Below, in pieces: positions 1 to 12,499 of a stretch of 64,000 nucleotides of DNA (positions within the stretch are counted from its first letter, which is position 1; every line of letters starts with the position of its first letter). The stretch spans positions 23,622,001-23,686,000 of the forward strand of contig CM022677.1 in the NCBI GenBank assembly GCA_012295275.1. The letters run 5' to 3'. The position numbers were made by a program, and so were the translations under genes. A model generated the notes under the pieces. The model was not told the origin of the DNA, did not search any database, and was given only the letters and a program-made list of their open reading frames with translations. This DNA is from Chrysomallon squamiferum (lineage: Eukaryota > Animalia > Mollusca).

Positions 1-99
1 TTATTTCATCTTGATACGTGTGTATCTATCTATCTATCTATCTATCTAGTAAAATAAATAAATAAATAAATAAGTAATAGTTCGTTACCATGACATTAC

Positions 100-285
100 C
101 TGGACATGGTTGTTTTTCGCAAGACAGTACCGTCCTGCTAAACGCCGCACCTGTACACGCCTCCCTGCCAGACCGTGGTTTAGGACTGTCGCATGTACGG
201 CGTCTTTCCTTTACGTATGTTCCAGTTCCGCACGTAACGGAACACTTTGTAATCGTAAACACCCAGTCACTCCATCCACCATCCA
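100..285 (-). CDS. Gene 1 TSP1 exon (186 nt)
   Basis: cag|..|gtaatg; VDGGWSDWVFTITKCSVTCGTG..RRRTCDSPKP..CEKQPCP. Confidence 0.92.
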
Positions 286-360
286 CTGCTAATTCAGATT
301 ACGTAATATCCTACTCTATTTTTACTACTACTACTAATATAATAATAATAATCATAAGAA

Positions 361-395
<35 letters not shown>

Positions 396-679
396 AGAAG
401 AAGAAGAAGAAGAAAAAAAAAAGAAGAAAAAATTAATTATATTATTAATAACGATTCTTCATTTAGACACAGTTATTTGTATTCTCTGTGGAATAGCACT
501 TATAAAATAATAAATAATAAATAAATAAACAACAACAATAACAACATTATTAGTAAAGTGGTCGAAAGATATCATCATTCTGTCGTGACATCATTCAGTA
601 ACTGGTAAATTAAATATTTAACTTTTAACCTTACCTTCAGTATCTGCTACCGGCGACTTGTACATTTCTGAAACTTTGA

Positions 680-770
<91 letters not shown>

Positions 771-910
771 GAAAAATAAATAAATTGCTATCTATGAAAA
801 CTGATAAATTTCTACAGATCTTACCTGGAATATTTTCTATCTGCTGTTTGGTCTTTCCTGAAATTTTAAAAATAATAATATGAGAACTGTCTCATTGAAA
901 AAGTAATAAT

Positions 911-985
<75 letters not shown>

Positions 986-1615
986 AAGAAGAAGAAGAAA
1001 CAGAAGAAACAGAAGACAAAACGGAAGAATAAACAAAAATAAAGAAAATATTATATTCATCACTGTTCTTTAGACATTAATAATAATTAATCTTTATGCG
1101 ACTACATTTGTTTCTAATTCGCTTGGAATCACAATCACAAAATAAATAAATAAATAAACAAACAGACAGACAGACAAACAAACAAAGAACATCATTAACT
1201 GTTCAGCAGTACAGCATTACTTGGACATGGTTCTCTATCACAGTACCAAACTTGAAGGTGAGAGTAAAAACCCGAGCACCATTTTCCACGGTTCCGTGGT
1301 TCAGGATTGTCGCACTGACGCTGTGTTGTGTTCGTAAATGTTCCTAGACCACACGTGACAGAACACGTTGTCGTTGCAGATGTCCAAGAACTCCATCCAC
1401 CATCCTCTGTTGATGTGAGTTTAATTTAAAAAAAATTAAATTCAGATTACATTACTATTATTGTGATTATAATCATTTTATTATCATTATTATTATTATT
1501 AGTAGTAGTAGTAGTAGTAGTAGTAATAGTAGTAGTAGTAACATTAGTAGTAGTAATAGTAAGAGTTGAAGTAATAATAGAAGTCGCATATGTAACTGTC
1601 TGGAAGAGACAGTAA

Positions 1616-1646
<31 letters not shown>

Positions 1647-2468
1647 ATCAATCAATATAATAAAAAGTGATCGTGTAGAAATAATGTTTATTTAAGGTTA
1701 GTTGAAGAGAAAACTTGATTTGTCACAGATGATATATCTATATTCCTTATGCATTGCCAATGATCGTAAATTTTATACATTTAGTAATGAAAATATTAGT
1801 ATTCACGTCATTGTTACTAACTGTAAATATTTTATTTAACGTATTGGGCGATTTCTCATGCTGCGTTTTTAATGTTGATATTTCTCGTTTCGGACATTCT
1901 TTACAGAACCTAGTGTTCTGAGAAACAGCCATTTGTCATGAATACTAATACAAAATAAAAAAAAATGATTACGGGAGATTTATTATATTCACTAATATAT
2001 CGAGAACTGTTCATATAATTGTTAAACGGCTTTCACCGTTTTGTGAAGAGACACATTTTGTGCTTGGCAGTCTGAAATTCTAAACACACTGAAAGATGCC
2101 CCACCCCAAAAAAGAAAACAAAAATTTTGTTTCTATGAATCAGAAATGATAGTTTTGACCTTACCAGAAATATCTGTTACAGGCGATTCTGACTTTCCTG
2201 AAAGGTTAAAATAATGACAACAACACTAACAAGACGAAGAAGAAGCAGAACAAATTATATTCAGCTGAAGATACTAATATATAATAAATTAAGGTATTCT
2301 TATGATCTACAGTTATATAAAAAATTAACTATTTTTAATGTCAATACATTTATTTCTAGATAAGATATAACTGAATTTAAAAGTAATAAATAAATAAATA
2401 AATAAATAAATAACAGTTACATCATCAGGAATGTCAGTATAATTACAAAAACGTTTACTTAAAAATAT

Positions 2469-2500
<32 letters not shown>

Positions 2501-2755
2501 GCATTAGTTATGCAGTAATACATTACGTGGACATGGTTCTTTTTCACAGAACCAAAACCGGTTTTGCGAGTACACGCCACTGCACGTGTTTCCGTAAGGA
2601 CTGTCGCATTTACGACGTTTTTTTATTCCATGCAATCCTCTTCCACACGTCACAGTACAGTTTATATTTTCACTCAACCAACTACTCCATCCACCACTGA
2701 CTACTAACAGGAATTTAATTATCGTTATGAATATTTGCAATAATAATAATAATAA

Positions 2756-2790
<35 letters not shown>

Positions 2791-4010
2791 ATAATAATAA
2801 TAATAATAATCATCATCACTGTAGATGTCGTCTTCTTATAATTTGTCAGATGATTTAGGATATTTCAGTAAATGCTAAAGTCACTGTTAACAGTCTAGAC
2901 CTCACAATCTACTAACAACTCATTATGCAAGTAAATTATATTTCATTAGTTCAGCTGAGATATACATTGGTAAGTAAAATATTTTTTATTTTATTGTTCA
3001 AAACTTTATCTAACCTGTTTTATTTCCTTCCAGTGATTTCGCTTTTCCTGAAACTTTGAAATAATGATGAAAATGATGATAACGCTAAGAATGATATTGA
3101 TAATATTAATGATAACACATAGAAAGTTGTCGGCTTTCGATAAGAAATCTAAGATATTTTATATAAATCACCATCATTATTATCATCATTATCATTATTT
3201 TCATCATCATCATCATTATTTTGTATTACTTTTATTTGTAAACGTAATTAACAACAAAGGAAAATTAGTCGAGTTATTTTAAGTCGAAGTTTCACATCAC
3301 TGCGCAAGGACAAGGCGCTGATGAGCTTGGAGAGATGCCAGCGTTTAGCAACAAGAGCTGTTCTGAAGCGAGAGTGGCAGCATAGTCTACGTTTATTCTG
3401 ACAGTAACTCTGACATCAGTTTCTATGTCATTGTTTCAGTGTAGTAACTCTGATTTCAGTTTCTATGTCAGTGTTTCAGTGTAGTAACTCTGACATCAGT
3501 TTCTATGTCAGTGCTTCAGTGTAGTAACTCTGACAACAGTTTCTATGTCAGTGTTTCAGTATAGTAACTCTGACACCAGTTTCTACTCTCTAGTCAGTAT
3601 TTCAGTATTCTCCGAGTTTGCAGACAGTAACCGCACGATCCGCTACATGGACGATTCAGTCTTCATTTCTAATAAATCACATGTGATTCAATTTGTATAT
3701 TTCATGAGTACAAGGTCATTTACCTCGTTTTGAAGAAGCAGACATCACTGAGATGACCTGTTTATATCCTCTAGAGGTAGAACAGAGGTTCCTTGAACAT
3801 TATTTGTCTTATTTGTAATTATTTAATGGCGAGTGGTTTGCTAATAACATTTGTGCAAATAATACGTAACAGGGGCAGACAAACATACGCTGAAATGTAG
3901 ACAAACACCAATTACAACGTAGCAACTACTCAACAAATCCTAATTAAGCTGTACAAACCAGACAAAATGATTACTTCTTGCACGAAAATTTGTATAATGA
4001 CAGACTTCAT
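100..4010 (-). CDS. Gene 1 (3'-partial): secreted or membrane multi-TSP1-repeat protein, paralog of genes 2 and 3
   Basis: Spliced model join(3959-4010,3724-3747,3015-3047,2527-2700,2165-2197,1221-1406,825-857,635-667,100-285), all GT-AG phase 1. Reads MKSVIIQIFVQEVIILSVMSASSKRGKAKSLEGNKTVSGGWSSW... and continues off the window start. Confidence 0.8.
355..413. repeat. (GAA)n microsatellite
   Basis: visible trinucleotide run. Confidence 0.9.
635..667 (-). CDS. Gene 1 33-nt linker micro-exon
   Basis: tttcag|..|gtaagg; EMYKSPVADTE, phase 1-1. Confidence 0.75.
680..768. repeat. (AAT)n microsatellite
   Basis: visible trinucleotide run. Confidence 0.95.
825..857 (-). CDS. Gene 1 33-nt linker micro-exon
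   Basis: tttcag|..|gtaaga; xKTKQQIENIP. Confidence 0.75.
1221..1406 (-). CDS. Gene 1 TSP1 exon (186 nt; not in ORF track)
   Basis: cag|..|gtaatg; EDGGWSSWTSATTTCSVTCGLG..QRQCDNPEPRNRGKWC..CDREPCP. Confidence 0.92.
2165..2197 (-). CDS. Gene 1 33-nt linker micro-exon
   Basis: tttcag|..|gtaagg; RKSESPVTDIS. Confidence 0.75.
2527..2700 (-). CDS. Gene 1 TSP1 exon (174 nt)
   Basis: tag|..|gtaatg; VSGGWSSWLSENINCTVTCGRG..RRKCDSPY..CEKEPCP. Confidence 0.9.
3015..3047 (-). CDS. Gene 1 33-nt linker micro-exon
   Basis: tttcag|..|gttaga; GKAKSLEGNKT; acceptor context shared with 635-667. Confidence 0.65.
3403..3585. repeat. 40-bp minisatellite, about 4.5 copies
   Basis: unit gtagtaactctgacatcagtttctatgtcagtgtttcagt. 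Confidence 0.92.
3724..3747 (-). CDS. Gene 1 second coding exon (end of signal peptide, 24 nt)
   Basis: cag|..|gtaaat; VMSASSKR; positional match to gene 2 exon 29615-29644. Confidence 0.6.
3959..4010 (-). CDS. Gene 1 start exon (signal peptide; exon extends to 4025)
   Basis: ccag|ATATAAGAATTCGAC-ATG; MKSVIIQIFVQEVIILS|gtttgt; homologous to 30006-30057. Confidence 0.8.
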
Positions 4011-4061
4011 GTCGAATTCTTATATCTGGAATAAAAAGGAAAAATAAAAACACATAACAAA

Positions 4062-4097
<36 letters not shown>

Positions 4098-4775
4098 TGT
4101 CATGTTATTATTATTATTATTATTATTGGTTTGTCACAAACACCATCAGCTCCCGTTGAAACTATGTAAGGCTATACTTATAAGCATTTATGAAGTAAAT
4201 GAACGTTCAAGCAAACTGAAATATTTTATAATGTAATCTATCAGCAGGTGACGATGGTTTGTTTTCAGTCCATACTGCCAGATCAGATGGTTTTTGTTGA
4301 AGCTAGCAATGTTTTTCGTACGCACTTGTTTTCAAAGTATTTTTCGTAGGAAAATTAAAATAATTCTAGAAAAGCGAAAGGATAAATTTAATAACCGAAA
4401 CAATGGAGAAATATGTATACTTAAAATGACTTCCATTCCGAAACTTTACTTCACTATCTCCGATGATGGTGCACGTGAAATGTAAACAAGCGATAGCACG
4501 GTTGTTGTCAACGCGAATAATAGCGGTTAAAGAAATGATGCTATGACAGGTTATTGGTGTCAATACGGTAGCTGTTGGTGATTTTACGCTGAATTGTAAG
4601 TATGGTGCATTTTGATATTCCAATAACTAACGAATGGATATTTATAAAACTGTTACCAAAGTGTGGTTTTTTTTGTTTTTTTTTTCCACCTCCGCAGGAC
4701 TCCTCCAAATGCAATAAAGTTCAGTATAGGCCAGAAGTAAAGTTACATTTCTTACTTGTGGCCGGTTCTGGCATA

Positions 4776-4843
4776 TTTCAGTAACAATAATTAATAAGCA
4801 GGTTAAACAATTTCAGTAACAATAATTAATAAGCAGGTTAAAC
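4776..4843. repeat. About 35-bp tandem duplication
   Basis: tttcagtaacaataattaataagcaggttaaac twice. Confidence 0.85.
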
Positions 4844-5010
4844 TGACATTTCTTGTTGATATAATGCTTAAATGAGATAAATTTAAAATTATGTAATTTC
4901 AACATGGAGTAATGACATACGTAATTAGCATAAATATGCTGTTTTCGATTGTAACTTTTGTTAAAAAACATAAATATATATATATATCTGTGTGAATTTA
5001 TTTATTTATT

Positions 5011-5043
<33 letters not shown>

Positions 5044-7106
5044 GAAACAATAAAGGAAGAAACTTACACAGGATTGAATTAATATAGCGTCTCTCCCTCT
5101 ACTTTCTAAATCATTTATAAGTTAAGTAGTTCTTCTATGTCGTCACAACTTGTTTCGCTATTCTCTGTTAAAAAAATAAGGATATGAATATAATGATTGT
5201 TATAGAATGAATATTAAATATCGTCTTCCACATAATATATTTTCAAGCGTCGGGGAAACTTCCCAGCTGCAGATTGGTGTCAATTAATATATGTTGTGAT
5301 ATATGACGTCATACTTTTTTAGCCTATTGTGTACACTTTTCCTTACGTCATAATCCGATGGCACTGAAAATAAATTGCTTTGGGTAATCTCCAAAGTATT
5401 ATGGCTAACGCATATTATTTGTTAACATTTATTTTCTTATCTATTAACTTTTTAAAATTTGTGTGGCAGCATAGGATAACCAGTCGGATGTCGCGCAATG
5501 TAATTTTGAGTTACAAGCCTATCAATGCAGTCCAACACATCAGTAGATCAATGTTTTTTTATTTTATTTTATTTATTTATTTGGAAACATTTATTTATAA
5601 TAAGTAAAAAAAAAAAAACATGTTCTTTGTGTGACCTTAATTAACGAAATTATGTTAAAACTGCGCCTATATAGGATGTTTTATCTGTCTTTGAGGCAGA
5701 GTATCACGAAAGGCAGAACTGTCCTGTTTTAATACGTAGAGTTTAATCTGGTTTTTATCTTATCTTATTTTATGTATTTATTTATTTATAATGTACCTAT
5801 ATGTAAATCTGTTAGCTGGGATCCAGATGCAGGACGTCATTACGCAGATACGATCCTGTGTCGACACAATCCATAAAAGAAGCGGAATCTCCTCAACACA
5901 ACACTGCATACCTCAGAGATCCTACAAAGAATTGACTAAGGACACACAACTTAAATAACGTCTTCAAAATACTTCAGAGACAACATGCACTATATTAGCC
6001 ACCACTGTACCAACAAGTCAAACCTCAGCAGGAATATGAAGATACTCTGTTGACCATCAGGACTGAACTTTTGTCAAAAAGAACAAATATAATCCTTTAA
6101 TGGATGCCATCCGACTGTCCTTTAGATTCAGATTTGCCCAACTGATGAATGTCCAAATATCTGAACACATTCTTTAATCCTGTCTACCACACAAATCCAC
6201 AGACAAGAAACCTGGCCAATTCGAAAGACCTTAACAGAAACTCGATGACCTGCGACAACCCTTTGAAAAGCGTCAGTTTTCCTACTGAGAAATCTGAGAG
6301 GGGTTTGGGGCCACAGAAGAAAAAGATAAAAGCCAAATGATTTCCTGTAAATGCTTAGAATTATTTTTTATCGTTAACTTACTGTCAAAGGTCTCTTTTG
6401 ATATTTGAAATTTGATATTTACTGAACTGAGTAATTCACGTACACAAGTCAACAGAACACATACTTTTTCCCATTTGGTTTAATAAAAAATAGTTGGTAG
6501 AAAATTTCTCTCTATCTCTCTGTGTATATTTGTTTGTGTGTGTTTGAATTAGAAGAACACAGAAATATAGGAATATTTTTAATTTATTGAAAAATAACCA
6601 TTAAGAAACATTTCTACATAAATAACTGTAACTATTTTCTGAACCATAACAATTTTAAAATTATGAATCTTTAAAGTGGATAACAACAAAAACAATAATA
6701 ATGATAATAACAGTAATAATATTAGTAATAGTAATCATAATGACATGTTAATAATAAATATAAAACCACCAAATAAATAATCAATAATCATATATTCTTA
6801 TTTCGGCTGAACTATGAGAAATTACATTGCATGAAAAATGAAACCAAATAAACCTGATAAATATGACAAACCTTTTTTTTAACAAAAATCTTTCTTTTTC
6901 ATTTTTTCTCTCCTCCATTATTTTTTATTTTATTTATTTATTTTAGGTGTCACCATAAAATATATATTAGAATAAAAATATAAGATTTCGTTCTAAAACA
7001 TAAAATCTACGTATTAATATGGCTTTTAAATTACATCAATGTATTTATAATGGCAATTTCATCTGCTTTATTTTTGTTTCTTTTCCTACAGTATACTTAT
7101 GTTCTG

Positions 7107-7137
<31 letters not shown>

Positions 7138-7383
7138 ACGTAGGTGTGTATGTATACATATAAACTCGGGTAAAAAACATTTAGAAGAGAGAATGCTTCT
7201 AGCTTTGACTAATTACACAAATCTTTTTCATTTGTGGAAAATGTCTGAGGGAACAGAACTGTATCAAACAGCAAGAAAACGTACGTACAAACATGAGATA
7301 TTTGTAGCTTGAAAAAATTCTCTATAAAAATACCAACAGAAAAGGAAATAACTTGAGAAGCAGAAATGTCTAAAATTCTTATC

Positions 7384-7504
7384 TCAAAGTTCCTCATTTT
7401 GTGACACAGGATTGTCATAAGACATAAATTCTTTATCTTTCTCCTTTTTATTTTTATATAACGGACATTTCAAACCTGTTTCATGGACTTCTGATTTCAT
7501 TATT
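7384..7504 (-). CDS. Gene 2 cytoplasmic-tail (last) exon
   Basis: ttcag| phase 2; IMKSEVHETGLKCPLYKNKKEKDKEFMSYDNPVSQNEEL*; homologous to 33983-34091. Confidence 0.85.
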
Positions 7505-7920
7505 CTGAAACAAATATCATATGTAATGTGATTAATTAGTTGCTGATATCCATTTCACATTTCGCAAACAAAATCAATAATAACCACACGTACATCAAAT
7601 ACATAATCAGCAATAAAAAGGTTAAACTCAATAAATATGATAAATATTTGCCATAAGAATTTAAAGGGAAAAAAGTATATTTTTATTTAATTTTTGTGTA
7701 TATATATATATATTTTTATTATTGTTATTTAAATAATACACACTGGTGGGTATTAATGCTGAAAACCACATAGCCACAGCCTTTATTTTAGTTAATGCGA
7801 GAGGCTATGTGTCACCCAATCAAAGTGTACTGGGTTCGACAGTTGTATGTTGTAACAGACTATCTCACATGTTTTACCTTGTACAGGCTTTCCTGTTTAT
7901 AATGGAAAAACAAAAATTAC

Positions 7921-8008
7921 CTTTTCTTACAGATAAACGAAGCAATTACAAGCCCAGCAAGCACAGTTGTTAAACCACCAGTGACACCTAAGTATACACC
8001 TTTAGTAA
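7921..8008 (-). CDS. Gene 2 transmembrane exon
   Basis: cag|..|gtaatt; TKGVYLGVTGGLTTVLAGLVIASFICKKR, hydrophobic run then basic stop-transfer residues. Confidence 0.85.
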
Positions 8009-8208
8009 CTGAGCAAAAACAAGTAAAGGCAAATGATATATGATTATAAATTCCATGGTATGTGTTTATGTGTGGATAGAGAGAAATAGAGAGATAAGAG
8101 AGAGAGGATAGACAGAAATAGAGAGAGAGAGCGAGAATGTGTTGTGTGTGTGTATTCGAATAAAATGAGATTAATGCAAAATATATAATGTTCTATTTAA
8201 AGTCATAT

Positions 8209-8340
8209 ATAATTTAATAGTAAAATAAACTGATTTTATATATTATTTCTAATTTACACACATACACACACATATACACAAACATATTTAACTAAATTAG
8301 AAATAATATATAAAATCAGTTCATTTTTCTATTAAATTAT
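8209..8340. repeat. Inverted repeat (47-bp arms, about 38-nt CA-rich spacer)
   Basis: 8209-8255 is the near-perfect reverse complement of 8294-8340. Confidence 0.85.
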
Positions 8341-8666
8341 TTGAAAAAACAGATTAGTTATTCAAATTATTTTATGAGTAAGTGTTAAAAAATTATTAAT
8401 AATCTTTTGTAAATATTATATTTATTCTGAAAGGTTTACGAAAAATACTTCTATCTAAAGAAATAAGAATAAGATATATTCCAAGCCAAAAAGGTTTCCT
8501 TACAAAAGTCCAATATACAACACTACTACTAATTTTGTTAATAATACTAATGATAAATGTTACTTCTGCCACCACAAATAGAAAGAAACATTAAAAAATA
8601 AAAATAATGATAATAATAAAAAATTAAAACTAAATAAAAAAGTAAATCATAATAATAAAAACCCAC

Positions 8667-8726
8667 TAAATTTTCTTCTAAAACCGTCTTCATTTGTTGG
8701 TTCATTCATTTGATTTTTAACTTCGT
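8667..8726 (-). CDS. Gene 2 stalk repeat exon 3 (60 nt)
   Basis: ccag|..|gtgggt; NEVKNQMNEPTNEDGFRRKF. Confidence 0.75.
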
Positions 8727-8921
8727 CTGGAAATAAATATGCAGATGGAAATAATAAACACACACATAACACACACATAACACACACATAACACACACAC
8801 AACAAATACTCACACACTCACAGAGAATGCAAAGACAAAAAAAGTACAAAAAAATAAAAAAATAATAATAAAAAAAAATAAAAATAAAATAAAAAGTAAA
8901 TCATAATAATAAAAAACCCAC

Positions 8922-8981
8922 TAGATTTTCTTCTAAAACCATCTTCATATGTTGGTTCTTTACTTTGAGGTTCAACTTCGT
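8922..8981 (-). CDS. Gene 2 stalk repeat exon 2 (60 nt)
   Basis: ccag|..|gtgggt; NEVEPQSKEPTYEDGFRRKS. Confidence 0.75.
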
Positions 8982-9174
8982 CTGGAAATAAATATGCAGA
9001 TGGAAATAATAAACACACACATAAGACACACACACACACACACACAAACACACAACAAGCACACACTCACACAGGATACAAAGACAAGAAAACTACAAAA
9101 AAAAAAAAAAAAAATAATAACAAAAAAAATAAATAAAATAAATAAATAAATAAATCATAATAATAAAAACCCAC

Positions 9175-9231
9175 TAGATTTTCTTCTAAAACCATCTTCA
9201 TATGTTTCTTTCCTTTCACATTCAACTTCTT
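9175..9231 (-). CDS. Gene 2 stalk repeat exon 1 (57 nt)
   Basis: ccag|..|gtgggt; EEVECERKETYEDGFRRKS. Confidence 0.75.
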
Positions 9232-9258
9232 CTGGAAATAATAAACACACACACACAA

Positions 9259-9316
<58 letters not shown>

Positions 9317-9472
9317 CAAGCACACATTCATACAGAATACAAAGACAAGAAAACTAAAACAAAATAAAATAAAAGAACAATAAAATAATATAAAATAAAT
9401 AAATAAATAAATAATAAAACAAAAATACTGTATATGTACATCTGTGTGGAGTGTGTTTATAACTGCACTTAC

Positions 9473-9496
9473 CTCCATAATCAATGATATCTTCAC
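9473..9496 (-). CDS. Gene 2 24-nt micro-exon
   Basis: acag|..|gtaagt; GEDIIDYG. Confidence 0.7.
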
Positions 9497-9753
9497 CTGT
9501 CAAAACAAGAAAAAAGCAATACTATCATTAATAGTCATCATCATTATAATCATTTTCATCATTCTTAGCATTTAAGAAAAATAATTATATAATGCTAACA
9601 ACAAGAACAAAAAGACAACAGCAAATGAAACAACAACAAGAAGAAGAAATAATAATGATAATAATAATAATATAAATAACAACAACAATAAAACAATTAT
9701 AATAATAATAAGAAAGGAATAAAAACATTATTATTTATAATGGATAATCTTAC

Positions 9754-9783
9754 CTGCTACAGATGTGGCAACAGGATTTGTAA
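9754..9783 (-). CDS. Gene 2 30-nt micro-exon
   Basis: acag|..|gtaaga; VTNPVATSVA. Confidence 0.7.
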
Positions 9784-9937
9784 CTGTGATAAAAAAAGGT
9801 GTGAAAAATAAATAGATAAATAAAATAAATAAATAAATAAATAAACATTCAACAAATCAATGTGAAAATTAAACAACAACAATGGCAAAAACCATAACAA
9901 AAACCATAACAACAGGAATAATAATAACAATAACAAC

Positions 9938-9973
<36 letters not shown>

Positions 9974-10454
9974 AATAAATAAATAAATAATAATAAAAAA
10001 TATGTCTCTTTCTTTCTTGCTTTTTATTTATTTATTTACCATCATTTTCATTATTATTATTATTATTATTATTATAGACAGTATAAGAGGAAGAGAGATA
10101 AAACAAAAACATTTTATTCACTTTATTAAAGTATTAATAACTAATCTTCATATAGACACCGTTATTAGTACTTAACTTCCAATAGGAGAAACGAAATAAA
10201 TAAATAAATAAATAAGTGCATATAATAGGAATAATTTCAGTATCATGTGATCAGCACAATCTTATAATCTATTTGGAAATAATTATTTTTCTCTGATAAC
10301 TAGATGTTGATTTTTGTGTTTCTGGCAATTGATGCATATTAGTGCTTTCCACCTTTCTCACAATATCCATAAAGTATCATAAAATCATGGCTTTTCTGAA
10401 TAATTTTCTCTTCTTAAAACTATCATACTAATACTAAATGAGTTAGCTTATTAC

Positions 10455-10629
10455 CATGACATGGCTGCCATGTGAGGTTTAGAACTGTTGCCTACACAGT
10501 CATTTCCTCCGAGTTGTGGCACTGGTCTGTTACACTCCCTGACTACTGAGACCATAACCATGTCTGGTTGACATTTAGCAGTGCAAGATTCTTGGCATTC
10601 GACAAACCATGAACCCCAACCTCCATCAA
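10455..10629 (-). CDS. Gene 2 TSP1 exon class E, +1 frameshift (175 nt)
   Basis: DGGWGSWFVECQESCTAKC..RECNRPVPQLGGNDCVGNSSK, then shifted LTWQPCH; counterpart of 50430-50606. Confidence 0.8.
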
Positions 10630-11335
10630 CTTCAAATAAATTTTAAAAAAAAGATAATAAAGAAAAATAAGTAAATTAATTTAAACCCCCAAAAACAATA
10701 TAATTAGATAAGACATGTAAGTTTATATGTGTACTAACTGCCAGAAATAAATGGGAATCTGTTGGTTGTTACATAACAGTAATAAATTATGTTTATATGA
10801 TTACATTTTACTGTTCATTTATTTCTAAGTCAATTATTATTATTATTATTAACAATCCTGGCTGGTAATAATGTCACTGGTTTTTGTTCCTATTACTGAA
10901 GTTGTTGTTGTGAATTTACTCAGGGTGTTTCTCTATTTGTATTGGTGCATTTTCAGTTTGTTCTCCATAATTAGTTCATGTTTATTTATCTGTAATTGTA
11001 ACTGAAAACTACGTGCAGTTAAATACAGAGACAGACACACACACAAACACACATATTCATACATACATATAATTATAAACTCATGTATGTATATGTAGGT
11101 ACGGTTTAATTTTTATAGACACAGACATTTTATTACCAAACAGCTGATTTCAAGAATTGCAATAACTGCAAAAATTCAGGTATCAGGTAAACTTAATTTT
11201 AAAAAATAAATATATAAAAAATAATAATAAAATGAAATATATACCACAAAATTGTTTAGGAGAAGTCTGTTATCCTTGGATTATTTAAAACTACTCATGA
11301 AATTTGTTGAGTCAAAAAAATAATAAAAAATTATC

Positions 11336-11381
<46 letters not shown>

Positions 11382-11460
11382 GTAAGTATGTATGTATGTA
11401 TGTATGTATAGAGAGATAAATATATAATATATCTTTGTTAGAAAATTACTCTCTACATAC

Positions 11461-11634
11461 TTTTCTTACAGCAGTTTCTGTAACTAAGACTCTGACTATC
11501 ACCAAGACAAGGTGAGCCACTTGGACTGGGTGCAGGATTTGTACACAATCTCTTGTATGTAACTGCCTGTTTACATGAGTTTGAATTACATTGTGCAACT
11601 CTCTCAATAAACCACACATTCCATCCTCCATTCA
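11461..11634 (-). CDS. Gene 2 TSP1 exon class A (174 nt)
   Basis: [30 protein letters not shown]|gtatgt. Confidence 0.9.
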
Positions 11635-12499
11635 CTGAAACACAGTACAAATTGTGTAATATTTATGTCTTCTAACAATAAATTTATAACCTTACAATTA
11701 TAGAGATCTGTGCAAATCTGCATGTCTTGTATAAAAACTATAAATTATCGGTTCAAAAGAATCATAAAACAACAACAGCGATCTGTCTTAGCATATGAAT
11801 TTACCTGTATAAAATATGTTTCTTCAAAATATTTTGAAAACAAAATTACATTAGAAGAGGATTTGACTTGTTTTTAAAAGAAACATGAACTGTTTTAGAA
11901 TCTACCTAATTCAAAGTTCACAGTTGTATATATATATCTATCTATTTAGTCATATTATAATATCTGGAACATCTTTAGCTATGGCCTGGAACCAGTATGC
12001 TACAGGCTAAAATTAAATAATATCTTATCTTCTTCTCTACCAGTTTTTTTCTATGTTAAACATGACTACTCAAATACTACACATGTAAGTATTTCAGATA
12101 TCAGTTACATTTAAATCAGGTTCAATGTGTTAATTTTAATCATCACTCTGCATTCTTTACTCTTTGAAATAAATAAAAATTAAACATGTGACTAATTTTC
12201 TGATATCTTATGTAGTTCTAGTTCCAATTAACACATTCTAATTTGAAAACAACATATTTCATTCACATCTATTCTACTTTAATGAGAGACATACCAACTG
12301 TCACACTGCACATCCATTTTTCTGTTCTGTTTTTGGATTTGAGTTAATTATTAATGTTTCTCAAGGTGGAGGGGTGTATGTTGTACTATGCTGTACAACA
12401 TCCTCACATGGAATAGGGAATATTTTAGTTTTATATTTACTTTCTTACTGTACAATGTAACCAGTCAGTAAACAAATATTAGAAATACTCTGATTATAC

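Noticed and set aside
90-524. Plus-strand ORFs overlapping TSP1 exons (also 43414, 47492, 49217)
   Set aside because: Antisense shadows of the minus-strand exons.
1747-1932. 61-aa minus-strand ORF in a gene 1 intron
   Set aside because: No recognisable motif or convincing splice sites.
3403-3585. CRISPR-like appearance of the 40-bp repeat
   Set aside because: Contiguous units without unique spacers, in eukaryotic DNA with no cas genes.
5068-5125. Possible TATA box and non-coding first exon of gene 1
   Set aside because: Plausible, but indistinguishable from chance in AT-rich DNA without TSS data.
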